64,000 nucleotides of DNA, from positions 143,112 through 207,111 of the IMG/VR virus record IMGVR_UViG_3300033146_002768; one strand, given 5' to 3'. Of the stretch, positions 1-10,246 are shown piece by piece. A program made the translations under genes and the position numbers. Below the pieces are notes generated by a model. The model was not told the origin of the DNA and did not search any database. It saw nothing but the letters and a program-made list of their open reading frames with translations. Position 1 is the first letter of the stretch. Each line of letters opens with the position of its first letter.

Positions 1-657
1 ATCATTATTAGGCATAAATATTAAACCATTATTTGGTTCAGTTATATCATCTACTAAATCAATTATGCCATCACCAGCTGCTGGTATAACCATGTATCCA
101 CCATACAAATTATAATTAGTATTAGTACCAGAAACTATATTAGTAACTCTTGGTACAATTTCAACAGTTAATGAATCCATCTCACAATCTTTCCATGTCA
201 AATAACCTTCATGTAACCAAGTTTCATTATTAACTATATTAAAATCAATATATTGTGATTCAGGATCACCTTCATTTAAATCATGTTGAATATCAAATGG
301 GATGCCGCCACCTACTGTATGAACATTTGAGGTATCATCACCTACTCCAGTCCACATTATTCTTAAACCTAATTTTCTAGATGTTTGATGTACTCTTTGT
401 TTTCCTGATATATCAGTAATAGCAGAAATAGTATGTTCTGTTATATGTCTAATACCATTTGATTTAGTTAAATCTTTATCACCATCATTAACAGTTAAGA
501 TATCTAAAGCAATTTTATTTACAACATTATCTGATTTTGCTAATTCTATATTATTACAAAAATCAATAGTATTAATAGATTCATCTGGAGGAATTGTTAT
601 TCCTAAATCATCAATAGTTACAATTGTGTTAGTATTATTTTTAAGATATATAGTCAT
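1..657 (-). CDS. Virion structural protein (runs off window start; not in ORF track)
   Basis: Manual translation from ATG at 657: MTIYLKNNTNTIVTIDDLGITIPPDESINTIDF..., open to position 1. The N-terminus is paralogous to those of 994..3150 and 3154..4596. Confidence 0.75.
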   Translation of the reverse strand, partial: MTIYLKNNTNTIVTIDDLGITIPPDESINTIDFCNNIELAKSDNVVNKIALDILTVNDGDKDLTKSNGIRHITEHTISAITDISGKQRVHQTSRKLGLRIMWTGVGDDTSNVHTVGGGIPFDIQHDLNEGDPESQYIDFNIVNNETWLHEGYLTWKDCEMDSLTVEIVPRVTNIVSGTNTNYNLYGGYMVIPAAGDGIIDLVDDITEPNNGLIFMPNND

Positions 658-659
658 TA

Positions 660-992
660 TTACTCCTTACTATCATCAGTATCAATAGAACCAGAATATG
701 TATTCATAGTTTTTAACCATTCGTAGCTTTGAGAAATCATATTATTATCAACATTATTTAATATAGAAAGAGAAAAAAATAATGAGAAATTAGGGTCAGT
801 ACATTTATAAATAAATTTAGCTACTTCAGGTTTTCCATCTAATCTTGCCTGTTGATCTTTAAATATATTTACTTCAATTTTTGCATAACTATTATCACCA
901 GCTTTATTATAAAATTTAAATGTTTCTATTTTAATATAAGCCTCAGATAAAATTATACCATTTTCCAATTCTATTTGTTTTATTAAAGCCAT
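660..992 (-). CDS. Small tail-associated hypothetical protein (possible fibre assembly protein)
   Basis: 110 aa ORF tightly packed between fibre genes. Confidence 0.45.
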   Translation of the reverse strand: MALIKQIELENGIILSEAYIKIETFKFYNKAGDNSYAKIEVNIFKDQQARLDGKPEVAKFIYKCTDPNFSLFFSLSILNNVDNNMISQSYEWLKTMNTYSGSIDTDDSKE

Positions 993-993
993 T

Positions 994-3150
994 TTAATCC
1001 TCTCTTATTAATTCTAATATTAACCAACATTCGTCTGTTATTGAATATGCATTACCTGACGAACCTTCTCTTACATTCATTAATTCAATATATATTCCAG
1101 AATCTAAATGAATTATTGTTTCAATTGAATTAGTTGCTTTATCATCAGTACTATTTCTTGAATAAGCATAACAGCTAGTTAAAATTAAATTATTACTTCC
1201 ATTAGATCTTATATATGAATGAACATTTCTTCTATTTGATTCTCCATCATAATTTACAACATATGTTAGTTTATAATATCCACTTTTAGAAGTATATATT
1301 CTTGAATTATTTGTTGTTTTATTATGTGTAAAGATACTATCAACAATTTGTTGTTCATTAAAAGGTAATGCAACTGGCGTAGAATTATTTACATTTATAG
1401 AATTTGAATGATGATATACAGAACATAAATTTTTAGATGCAATATTAACATTTACTTTTGATCCAGAACTTGTATCAACTTCTACATCACCTTCAAAGTT
1501 AATAATAGCAACATTAGTCATAATAGTACTATCATCTTTCTGTACTGTTACAAAATTTCCATCATCACCATCATTACCTTGTATACCTTGAGGTCCGCTT
1601 AAATTACCTATACTACTCCATGAACCAGATATTTTTTTAAATATTTCACCACTTGTTGTATTTAAATAATGATCATCGTTTTCATATAAACCACTAGTTG
1701 GATCTATAGAACCTGAAAACCAACCATGACCATCATTCCCATCATTACCTGCAACACCAGTAAATTGTCCAAAATCATACCAAGAAGAACCATCATACAT
1801 TAATATATGTCCTGTCATATCTCCAGTAATACTAGATGGTAAATTCTGATTAGATCTATTATCATCAACAACTACTATAAAATAAACATCAGATGAAGAA
1901 GCTCCAGAATTATCTTGTATATCAGTAACCTTAGCTTCATCTAAATCATTATATTCATCTATTGAAAATGATTCACCTCTTGGTCCTGTTGCACCAATTG
2001 AACCAGTATCACCTTTTGCTCCTTGAAGTTTTGTTATAGTTACATGCGATAATTCTATATGTGTATTTGAAGATTCACCTTTTACTTGAACAGTAATAAA
2101 ATCATTATCATTTTCTATATGAACTATTGTGTTATTATAAATTCCACCTTCATCACTTGAAGAAGGATCATTATATGAATAACTACCATCAACTTCATCA
2201 ATATTATTTATTAATATTTTAGTTTCAACTTTTCCATCATCAAGTACTAAATTATTTGTTACTAAATAATATCCACTTTCTTTACATATAATTCTGTCAT
2301 TATTAGAATTATCATGTTCTAAAATATTAGAATGACTTTCAATATCAGTATAAATATATGGAATATTAGACCATGATGTTCCAGTATAAATATGATCATC
2401 AGATCTTATTTCAGCACCTGTTGATCCAGCTTCACCACTATCTCCTTTAACACCATCCATTTTAAATATATTTAAAACAAAATCTGCATAAGCAGTTATT
2501 GGAGTAGAACCAGATGCTACTTGAAGTGTTATATAGTCACCATCATTTAAAGATATTGAAAGTGAAGTATCTTGTTGATGAGTTTCATTTTTATATAAAT
2601 TTTGTAAAACATATGAACCATCTGCAATATAATCATCATTTACTCTTATTCTTGATAAACAATCTCTGGTAGCATTGAATGATCTAGCTGTGAATGAATA
2701 AGATATAAAATAAACACCATTCGATTTAATTAATATTCTATCTGTATTAGTATTATCATGCTCTATAACAATTGAATTATTTTCTAAATTAGTTAAATTA
2801 AAAGTAACATCTTGCCAAGATGTGGATAAAGAAATATCAGTAGTTCTTCTAACTTGTATAGCAGATAAATCACTTCCTACACCTGACCCTCCACCATCTT
2901 CAAAGGAATCTTCATAAACAGTTTGATGATAAATATGTAACAAACTATTGGATTTTGATAAATCAGAAGTTCCATCATTAATAATAAAAGTATCATTATT
3001 AACTAAATCTTTTAAATCATTAGAACCACTTATATCTTCAAATTCAAAAAGTTCTGATAAAATTAATTGATCATTTCCAAGAACTTCAATACCAAGGTCT
3101 TCTATAAAAATAGAAGACCCTGTAATATTTTTAACAATGACTGTTGCCAT
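994..3150 (-). CDS. Collagen-like tail fibre/spike with three C1q/BclA-CTD-like domains
   Basis: G-X-Y runs (GVKGDSGEAGSTG, GAKGDTGSIGATGPRG, GPQGIQGNDGDDG) separate three repeats of the pattern F/Y...HD/HN..N..RI....GYY/GVY. Confidence 0.7.
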   Translation of the reverse strand: MATVIVKNITGSSIFIEDLGIEVLGNDQLILSELFEFEDISGSNDLKDLVNNDTFIINDGTSDLSKSNSLLHIYHQTVYEDSFEDGGGSGVGSDLSAIQVRRTTDISLSTSWQDVTFNLTNLENNSIVIEHDNTNTDRILIKSNGVYFISYSFTARSFNATRDCLSRIRVNDDYIADGSYVLQNLYKNETHQQDTSLSISLNDGDYITLQVASGSTPITAYADFVLNIFKMDGVKGDSGEAGSTGAEIRSDDHIYTGTSWSNIPYIYTDIESHSNILEHDNSNNDRIICKESGYYLVTNNLVLDDGKVETKILINNIDEVDGSYSYNDPSSSDEGGIYNNTIVHIENDNDFITVQVKGESSNTHIELSHVTITKLQGAKGDTGSIGATGPRGESFSIDEYNDLDEAKVTDIQDNSGASSSDVYFIVVVDDNRSNQNLPSSITGDMTGHILMYDGSSWYDFGQFTGVAGNDGNDGHGWFSGSIDPTSGLYENDDHYLNTTSGEIFKKISGSWSSIGNLSGPQGIQGNDGDDGNFVTVQKDDSTIMTNVAIINFEGDVEVDTSSGSKVNVNIASKNLCSVYHHSNSINVNNSTPVALPFNEQQIVDSIFTHNKTTNNSRIYTSKSGYYKLTYVVNYDGESNRRNVHSYIRSNGSNNLILTSCYAYSRNSTDDKATNSIETIIHLDSGIYIELMNVREGSSGNAYSITDECWLILELIRED

Positions 3151-3153
3151 TTA

Positions 3154-4596
3154 TTATAATCTCCATGCAATTTCAATAACAATAATTGGATCATTAACTG
3201 CTGTTGTAGCACCAATTTGACATTGAATATAATCACCACTATTTAAATCAGTATTTTTAGAAATATCTTCATTACCTATTGCTGCGGTTATAGTAAGATT
3301 TTCAATATTAGTTGCAGTATCATTTCTTCTAACATTAAATGTACATGTTCCAGAAGCATCTATTTGTCCAGCCATTGAAACAATAGTTGCTGCTCTTGCT
3401 AATCTAAGACCAGAATTATTTGAAACTAATCTAGAACCATAAAAACCTAAATATTGATTTCTTGAATTTCCTCTTCTACCGAATACTAAAAACTGTCTTT
3501 GAACAGATAGCCATTTTGATCTATTAGAATCATAAATACAAAGTATACCGTCTTTAATATCTAGTTGACCATCAGATAAACCTGTAGTTGGTAAATTAGA
3601 TTTTGGAACAATCTCAAATGAAGCTCCAGTAGATGCGCCTCTATCAATTTTAACAGAACCATCTGTTGCATTAATAAGTCTACCAGCACCAGCACCACCT
3701 TGATCATATGCACCATCTAATGTTGTATTTCCAATATCATCTTGTAAATCACCAATAGCTGTATCAATTGCATCAACCACATTTTCTAGATCAGTTGGTG
3801 TTCCAGGTATATTAGCATATGTACCTTCAATATCTATTTCAGAACCATCATGTTTACTAGATCCACCATCAAAATGAGAAGCAAAATCAACATCACCAAT
3901 TTTAAACCATTTACTTGCTGTTGTATCATAAACATATTGTGCTGGATTTCCATCACCATCATCATTAACCATAACAGCATCATTATCAGTTGATACACCC
4001 TCATCTGTCCATGTTTCTGTTCCTAATGTAAATGTATGAATATCTTCTGTACCATCAGCTAAATTAATAACTTTTTTACCATCAGCTATAGCACCAAGAT
4101 CAACCCATGTTGTTCCATTATATTTATAAAGTTTATCTGGACTATCATCTGTATCAATACACATATCATCAGATACAGGAGTAGCAGGTTTACCAGAACC
4201 AATAGTAGTAACTCTTGCTAATACAGGAGACCCCCAATTTACAGATCCAAATGATGGAGCATTTACAACATTTGTCCAATCAACTTCTGCACCACTAGAA
4301 GGTGTTGTTAATTCAGATTTAGAATAATAATCAGTTTCAAGATCATATAAATTTTCTAAACTAAGAAATTTAACACCATTTGCTGGAGATAAATAAGTTC
4401 CTGGATTTTCAGGATCATCAACTCTTAAATCAGCAGAAGCAACTAAAGCTCTAAGATCATCTGATCCAGCTATTTCTTCATAATCAAATTGATTACTAAA
4501 AACAATTGAATCTCCATTAGCCATTTCTACACCAAGATCTTCAATTGTTTGAATTGATCCTGAATTATTATTTATTAAAACTGTCCACATTGCCAT
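3154..4596 (-). CDS. Tail fibre/virion structural protein
   Basis: Shared IEDLG N-terminal module, Gly/Asp/Thr-rich body, and a C-terminal beta domain paralogous to 4619..5089. Confidence 0.65.
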   Translation of the reverse strand: MAMWTVLINNNSGSIQTIEDLGVEMANGDSIVFSNQFDYEEIAGSDDLRALVASADLRVDDPENPGTYLSPANGVKFLSLENLYDLETDYYSKSELTTPSSGAEVDWTNVVNAPSFGSVNWGSPVLARVTTIGSGKPATPVSDDMCIDTDDSPDKLYKYNGTTWVDLGAIADGKKVINLADGTEDIHTFTLGTETWTDEGVSTDNDAVMVNDDGDGNPAQYVYDTTASKWFKIGDVDFASHFDGGSSKHDGSEIDIEGTYANIPGTPTDLENVVDAIDTAIGDLQDDIGNTTLDGAYDQGGAGAGRLINATDGSVKIDRGASTGASFEIVPKSNLPTTGLSDGQLDIKDGILCIYDSNRSKWLSVQRQFLVFGRRGNSRNQYLGFYGSRLVSNNSGLRLARAATIVSMAGQIDASGTCTFNVRRNDTATNIENLTITAAIGNEDISKNTDLNSGDYIQCQIGATTAVNDPIIVIEIAWRL

Positions 4597-4618
4597 TTTT
4601 TAAATCCTCCTAATTAAA

Positions 4619-5089
4619 TTATCTACAAGCATATTCTATTAGTACTATTGGATAATCAACATTACCTGTTAATACTGATAAGAACAACTGTATATAATCA
4701 CCTTTATTTATATCATAATTTAAATTATCTTCTATTATATTAGATCCACCAATTAAATTTACTGTATGTAAATTAGATGTTGAATTATTTATTCTTATAT
4801 TGAATCTTGAATTTATAACAGTATTTTGTGTTTGTATTGAAATAGCCGTTATAGTAGAATTTCTTAAAACTTTATAACCATGTACATTTGAATTAATTTT
4901 ACTAGTTAATCTTAGCCATCTTTTTCCAGTTATATTTTTATGGTTAATACCAAAAGATAAATTCTCTCTAGTTACACTAAGAGTTTTACTTCTAGTACTA
5001 TCTTCAAACAAAATAATTCCATCACTATTTTGTGTTAAATTAATACCAGTAGGAGAACTTGTATTTGGTCTTATAATATCTCTTAACAT
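4619..5089 (-). CDS. Structural protein, stand-alone paralog of the C-terminal domain of 3154..4596
   Basis: Shared motifs FG....N, FN(I/V)R.N, D(I/L)N.GDYIQ, P(I)(V/I).IE.A.R. Confidence 0.6.
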   Translation of the reverse strand: MLRDIIRPNTSSPTGINLTQNSDGIILFEDSTRSKTLSVTRENLSFGINHKNITGKRWLRLTSKINSNVHGYKVLRNSTITAISIQTQNTVINSRFNIRINNSTSNLHTVNLIGGSNIIEDNLNYDINKGDYIQLFLSVLTGNVDYPIVLIEYACR

Positions 5090-5099
5090 TTATTATCCT

Positions 5100-5975
5100 T
5101 TATACAACATTTTTTAAAGCTTTTAAAGTAGTCTCATCTTTATCCAAAACATGTTTCCAATATGATCTAATTGAATCTATATCATCAGATGCAGAAACTT
5201 TTCTATTGTAAGGAATCCCAATACTAAATGTATATATTTGTCCATTTCTAATTCTTGAATTAAACCATTTAACATTTATAGTAGACCCAGTTCTAGTTAC
5301 AATTTTATTAGTTACTTCTCTTAAAAACTTTTGATATTTTTCAGTATCATTAACTACATTTTTATGAACTATATCTAGTTTAGTAATATCTTTTTCTTTT
5401 AAGAATTGTTTCCAATTTAATCCAATCATATCTTCTTCTGAATTATATCCAAGATCTTTTCCTAATTTATAACTACATGATTTTACTTTCATATCATCAT
5501 CAAGTATTAACATATAAATATTAGTATAATCAAAAAGTTCTTTTAAACTCAACTGAAGTTTTGTTTGTTCTATTTTATGTCGTTTATAAGCTTTGGAAAC
5601 TTTTAATAAAACTTTAATTCTGTTTACTAATTTATCTGTATTGAAAGGTTTTAGAATAAAATCATAAGTATATTCATATTTTTCAAAACATTCATATTCA
5701 TAGTTTTTTCCAGACATAAATAAATAAGGAATATTAAATTCATTTTTAAATAATTCATCGGCTATTTCATTTCCTTTTAATTCTGAATTTAATTCTATAT
5801 CAATAATAAATAAATTAGCTTCTGTAATTGCTGAATGCATCATCATATCATTACAACGATTAAAACTATAAATATCTACATTGGGAATTTTTTTTTCTAT
5901 CATCTCTTTCAACATAGTAGTTATTTCTTTATTGTCGTCTAATATAAATATTACTTGTTTTATAACATCACTCAT
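5100..5975 (-). CDS. Response-regulator receiver (REC) plus PAS domain protein
   Basis: IFILDD...FIIDIEL...FMSG...DFILKPF gives a complete REC active-site set. It is followed by PAS-like YMLILDDDMKV...LGY..EEDMIG.NWKQFL. Confidence 0.8.
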   Translation of the reverse strand: MSDVIKQVIFILDDNKEITTMLKEMIEKKIPNVDIYSFNRCNDMMMHSAITEANLFIIDIELNSELKGNEIADELFKNEFNIPYLFMSGKNYEYECFEKYEYTYDFILKPFNTDKLVNRIKVLLKVSKAYKRHKIEQTKLQLSLKELFDYTNIYMLILDDDMKVKSCSYKLGKDLGYNSEEDMIGLNWKQFLKEKDITKLDIVHKNVVNDTEKYQKFLREVTNKIVTRTGSTINVKWFNSRIRNGQIYTFSIGIPYNRKVSASDDIDSIRSYWKHVLDKDETTLKALKNVV

Positions 5976-6004
5976 GATATACTCCTAATTTTTATTCACT
6001 ATAT

Positions 6005-6427
6005 TTATGAAACTCCTATATATTTTGCAACCGCATCTATAATATCACTTTTTGACCACATTTGTTCTAGAGCAGCAATGAGAGTGATAACAATAACTAT
6101 TAGACCACCTGAGATTCCGATTAAATGATATCTTAATTTACTATGTTCTTTAACATTATTAATACGACTTTCAGTTATAGATTTACTAATATCTGTAACT
6201 CCAGTATTACATAATGAATTATGATTAGTTAATGTTTTTATTAATGTTTCTAATTGTAAATTTACTTTTTGTTGTTCTACTGTAATATTCTTTAGATTAT
6301 CAATTACTTTCTCTTGTTCTTTTACTAATACTTCCTGTCTATCATATAACTGAGTATTGTATTTGACATTATTCTCATAAGATTTCATCATTAAGAATAC
6401 ATCTTCTTTACTTAAAAGTTCTGCCAT
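6005..6427 (-). CDS. Putative holin-like membrane protein
   Basis: Coiled coil plus one C-terminal hydrophobic helix (LIGISGGLIVIVITLIAAL), directly downstream of the endolysin. Confidence 0.4.
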   Translation of the reverse strand: MAELLSKEDVFLMMKSYENNVKYNTQLYDRQEVLVKEQEKVIDNLKNITVEQQKVNLQLETLIKTLTNHNSLCNTGVTDISKSITESRINNVKEHSKLRYHLIGISGGLIVIVITLIAALEQMWSKSDIIDAVAKYIGVS

Positions 6428-6439
6428 GATAAAATTCCT

Positions 6440-6934
6440 TTATGATTGATCGTAAATGTTTAGTATATATGGCATAGAAACACTTGCATAACTATGTCTT
6501 TTATCTTTAAGTTTTAATTTTCTAACATTTTTATTTAAACGATATGCAGCATGTACCCAACCACCAGGAAAATACTCAGCAATCAATTCTCGATAATCTA
6601 AGTTAGTATGAATCCATTTAATAATATCAACTAACCTAATGTTTGAACTAACCGGTTCAAAATCGAGAGCTTCACCTCTAGTATGATTTGATTTTGGCGA
6701 ACTACCAATAGCTTGACATAATTCTACTGATCTAAACCCTGAAGTAATTCTTATCATACCAAATTTTTCTCTTACTGGTTGAATAATATTTCCAGCGACT
6801 CTTTCAATGGATTGCCATTGTTGTTCATTAGGTATATTTCTGATACCTAATCTCATTGCAGTATCTGATTTTACAAATTCTCTATATTTAAAATTAGGTG
6901 CCATTGGAAGTTTTTTATTTAAATCGCGTAACAT
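6440..6934 (-). CDS. Peptidase M15A-family endolysin
   Basis: NF...EF..S.TA.R.GI.N.P, ITSGFRS..L..AIG....S.H..GEALD, WVH motifs. Confidence 0.85.
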   Translation of the reverse strand: MLRDLNKKLPMAPNFKYREFVKSDTAMRLGIRNIPNEQQWQSIERVAGNIIQPVREKFGMIRITSGFRSVELCQAIGSSPKSNHTRGEALDFEPVSSNIRLVDIIKWIHTNLDYRELIAEYFPGGWVHAAYRLNKNVRKLKLKDKRHSYASVSMPYILNIYDQS

Positions 6935-6945
6935 AATATATCTCC

Positions 6946-7134
6946 TTAATCTAAACTACACCCAACATCTTTACCTAGTTTTGTTATTGTATAATTTTCT
7001 GACGCAACATCGACATGAACTGGAGATATATGTTTTTTATATGTGTATAATGAACATACAAATTCCATTGGATCTGGAACAGGAATTCTATGAAATAATA
7101 CTTCGTCAGTTGATGTTATTTGAATTTTTAACAT
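6946..7134 (-). CDS. Small hypothetical protein
   Basis: 62 aa ORF with an upstream GGAG Shine-Dalgarno. Confidence 0.55.
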   Translation of the reverse strand: MLKIQITSTDEVLFHRIPVPDPMEFVCSLYTYKKHISPVHVDVASENYTITKLGKDVGCSLD

Positions 7135-7154
7135 GATTTGTCTCCTTTAAAAAA

Positions 7155-8168
7155 TTATTTTTTTAACATTTCTTTGGTTACACTAAGATCTTTAATCTCC
7201 CAGGCATCCCAACAGAAATCTTTAATATAGTTATAAGGTAAATATCCATACCCATCTTGTCCCCAATTAGTTCCCCAAGAATTTTTAAATTTAAACATTC
7301 TTGTTTCTGGGTTCCATCCTACTAAACAAATAGCATGTCCACCATAACATTGATTAGGATCTTTTGGATATGGCACTACCCCATTATTTGTTGTATAAAA
7401 TATTTCTAAATAACAACCAACACCAACAGGTAAAGGTCCATTATTTTTTAAAGAATTTATTATGTTTTCCGGAGTTTCAAGTCTTAAATATTCACCACCT
7501 AATGCCCATTTGGAAACTAGAGTTGCCCAACGTTTTGGTTCACCAACATATGATTCATTGTACGGCCAAGCATTTTCAACTGGAACTCCAACTGTATTTA
7601 AAATTTTCATTGCAAATCTAATTGAGGTGCCTTCTTCATTTGGCCAGTAATCAATATCTTTACATTTGTAATACATCCATTGTTCAGATAGATCATAGTT
7701 TTTCTTTTTTCTTTTATATTTTTTACCTTTAGAAATTTCTTCTAAATGCTCTTGTTGTTCTTGCCATTCTTTCATAGCTACAACAGCAAACCCAACACAA
7801 GACCCTAACGAACCTTGATTCTTTACTGGACTCATTTGTAAGGTATAATCAGTTGCATTAACATTAACAACTTCTCTTAAAATAGTTGAATTTAACTTTG
7901 GTGATTTATGGTCTCTGTCATCTAAATTATCTTTTACATAATTTAATATAAACCCTTCTGGAATTGATAGAATCTCTTTTTGAAAATCATCAGCTTGTTT
8001 CGCTGGATGTTTGGATATAATAGAATAATCTTTAATACCTAAAGCATCTAATTGTAAAGTTATATATTTTACTTGATTTTCAAAACATATAAATTCAGTA
8101 GGGGTTCTTACTAATTTTTGATTAATAACTACTAAAAAACCAGCATCATTTATTTTTATTTGTATCAT
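7155..8168 (-). CDS. Papain-like C1A cysteine protease with N-terminal extension
   Basis: PVKNQGSLGSCVGFA (Q, catalytic C), GHAICLVG (H), KNSWGTNWGQDGY (N). Confidence 0.9.
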   Translation of the reverse strand: MIQIKINDAGFLVVINQKLVRTPTEFICFENQVKYITLQLDALGIKDYSIISKHPAKQADDFQKEILSIPEGFILNYVKDNLDDRDHKSPKLNSTILREVVNVNATDYTLQMSPVKNQGSLGSCVGFAVVAMKEWQEQQEHLEEISKGKKYKRKKKNYDLSEQWMYYKCKDIDYWPNEEGTSIRFAMKILNTVGVPVENAWPYNESYVGEPKRWATLVSKWALGGEYLRLETPENIINSLKNNGPLPVGVGCYLEIFYTTNNGVVPYPKDPNQCYGGHAICLVGWNPETRMFKFKNSWGTNWGQDGYGYLPYNYIKDFCWDAWEIKDLSVTKEMLKK

Positions 8169-8205
8169 ATTATCACCTCTTATAAACGCTACTATTTATA
8201 AAATA

Positions 8206-8496
8206 TTAATCTCTATATATACTTCCCTTATATGATATAGATTCGTAAAGCTTAGATAGTTTAGACCCAATATCATTTTTAGATTCTTTGGCATAACTAC
8301 CAAGATTTCCTTCCAAAATATTTAACCTTTCTATAAAAGAATAAATATTATGGACTAAATTAATTTCAACTGGATCAGGATCTGGTTTACTTTCTAGTTC
8401 TTGTACTAAAGAAATCAGATGTTCAAAGGCACCTTTTGTGCCTGTTTGGTGCAGTCCTTCCAGAAACATTTTAGCTTTGTTATGGGAAGCTGACAT
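8206..8496 (-). CDS. Hypothetical protein
   Basis: 96 aa ORF with GGAG RBS and upstream late-promoter-like motif. Confidence 0.6.
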   Translation of the reverse strand: MSASHNKAKMFLEGLHQTGTKGAFEHLISLVQELESKPDPDPVEINLVHNIYSFIERLNILEGNLGSYAKESKNDIGSKLSKLYESISYKGSIYRD

Positions 8497-8544
8497 AATT
8501 CATAATCTCCTAATTAAATCTTTATTTGTAAAATAGTAGCAGCA

Positions 8545-8561
8545 TTTTATATTTGTTCTAA
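8545..8561 (-). promoter_or_regulatory. Putative late promoter AGAACAWA-(W)TAWWAA
   Basis: Minus-strand TAGAACAAATATAAAA upstream of 8496. Confidence 0.55.
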
Positions 8562-8582
8562 ACTTTCGTTTATATTATACAC

Positions 8583-9413
8583 TCACTTTATATCGTTTAT
8601 TAATAAACCAAAGTTGTGAAAACATGCTTGACAAATGTTATTATTTTTTTCACAAGGAAATATATTATGTGTAAATAATATTTTTAAAACTAATTTATGT
8701 AAAGGCGAAGAATCAATATCATTTGTATTACCAGCACAACAACGATATATTTTATTTTCAATTAAATCAAGCCTTGGTACTAATATAGATGAATTACAAA
8801 TTCTTTGTGATTTTTTAATTAAATCTTTATTTAAAATATTACTAAAATGTTTTATTTTATCTTTACTATTTGAATCGATATTTAAATTAATAATTTCATA
8901 TAATAATTTAATGTCACTTATAGTTAATATTAAATCTTTATCATTTCCCACATAAAATTTAATAGTAAAATTAATATGATCATTTGTTTTTATGAATGAT
9001 TTTATATATTTTAAATTTTGTTTATGAACTATAATAATATAATCAATCGGAATATCATTATCTTTTATTACATTAATTTTTGTTGGTTCATTTATTTCTG
9101 AAATTACATGGTATGAAATATTATTAATATATGATCTAAATATTTCATGATAATTATTTTCTAAAAATGTACCATTTGTTGCTATCTCACAAGGATGATT
9201 TAATTCATTGAATATTTCTTGTAAATAATCTTTAGATAATAAACCTGGTTCACCTCCAGATAATGAGATTAATATATTAGGATTATATGTTTGAAGTAAA
9301 TTAATATAGTTTTTAACTTTTTCAATTGGAGATGTTTTATTATCAACATTATCGCAATAGTTACATGACCAGTTACATTTATTTGTTATTTTTAATACTA
9401 CTGATTCTATCAT
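8583..9413 (-). CDS. Radical SAM protein (paralog family A)
   Basis: CNWSCNYC, SGGEPG, TNG motifs. Confidence 0.9.
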   Translation of the reverse strand: MIESVVLKITNKCNWSCNYCDNVDNKTSPIEKVKNYINLLQTYNPNILISLSGGEPGLLSKDYLQEIFNELNHPCEIATNGTFLENNYHEIFRSYINNISYHVISEINEPTKINVIKDNDIPIDYIIIVHKQNLKYIKSFIKTNDHINFTIKFYVGNDKDLILTISDIKLLYEIINLNIDSNSKDKIKHFSNILNKDLIKKSQRICNSSILVPRLDLIENKIYRCCAGNTNDIDSSPLHKLVLKILFTHNIFPCEKNNNICQACFHNFGLLINDIK

Positions 9414-10246
9414 ATTTTAGACCTACAATTCCATGCTCCATTGTAACATGAAGAGCATATTATATTAGTTTTATTTTTATGTGTAAACAAATCGTTTTTA
9501 ATAAGTAATCTTAAATTTATTTTGTTAAATGTTATATTATCAATTGTATTAGAAAGTCCAGCACAACATCTAAATATCTTTTCTTTTATTAAATCTAATC
9601 TAGGCATGTATGATATAGTATTGCAATATTCTTGAGCTTTAATAATATTATTATAATTATCTATATTACTAAAGTATTTTATTCTTTCTTTATAATCATC
9701 AATAATATTCATATCACATATACCTTCATAATATAAAGTTGCAATACGTGATTGTGTTAATACATAATTTTGATCTGCTCCAATATAAAATCTCGGACTA
9801 AATTGTATATGACTATTTCTTTGAATGAATGGAATCACTTGGTTTATGTTTCTATTATGGATGACAAAAATATATTGTATTGGGAGATCAGTTTCTATAT
9901 TATCATATATTGTATTGTCATCATTTATCTCAGGAGTTACATGATACCAAAATTCTTTTAGTTTCGATTTAAATAAGTTATGATAATCTTTTTCAAAAAA
10001 TGTACCATTCGTTGCTATCTCACAAGGATTATTAATATGTTTAAATACTTGTTCTAAATACTTCTCAGATAACATACCTGGCTCACCACCTGATAATGAA
10101 ATTGTTATATATGGATTTAATGATTGTAATGAATTAATACATTCTATTAATTTATCAAGTTCTACATTTTGAGAATCAACATTATCACAATATGAACAAT
10201 CCCAATTACATTGATTTGTTACTTTTATTACCATAGTATTAATCAT
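9410..10246 (-). CDS. Radical SAM protein (family A, tandem duplicate of 8583..9413)
   Basis: CNWDCSYC, SGGEPG, EIATNGTF, PRLDLI...RCCAG shared with its neighbour. Start moved to the ATGA overlap at 10246. Confidence 0.9.
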   Translation of the reverse strand: MINTMVIKVTNQCNWDCSYCDNVDSQNVELDKLIECINSLQSLNPYITISLSGGEPGMLSEKYLEQVFKHINNPCEIATNGTFFEKDYHNLFKSKLKEFWYHVTPEINDDNTIYDNIETDLPIQYIFVIHNRNINQVIPFIQRNSHIQFSPRFYIGADQNYVLTQSRIATLYYEGICDMNIIDDYKERIKYFSNIDNYNNIIKAQEYCNTISYMPRLDLIKEKIFRCCAGLSNTIDNITFNKINLRLLIKNDLFTHKNKTNIICSSCYNGAWNCRSKI

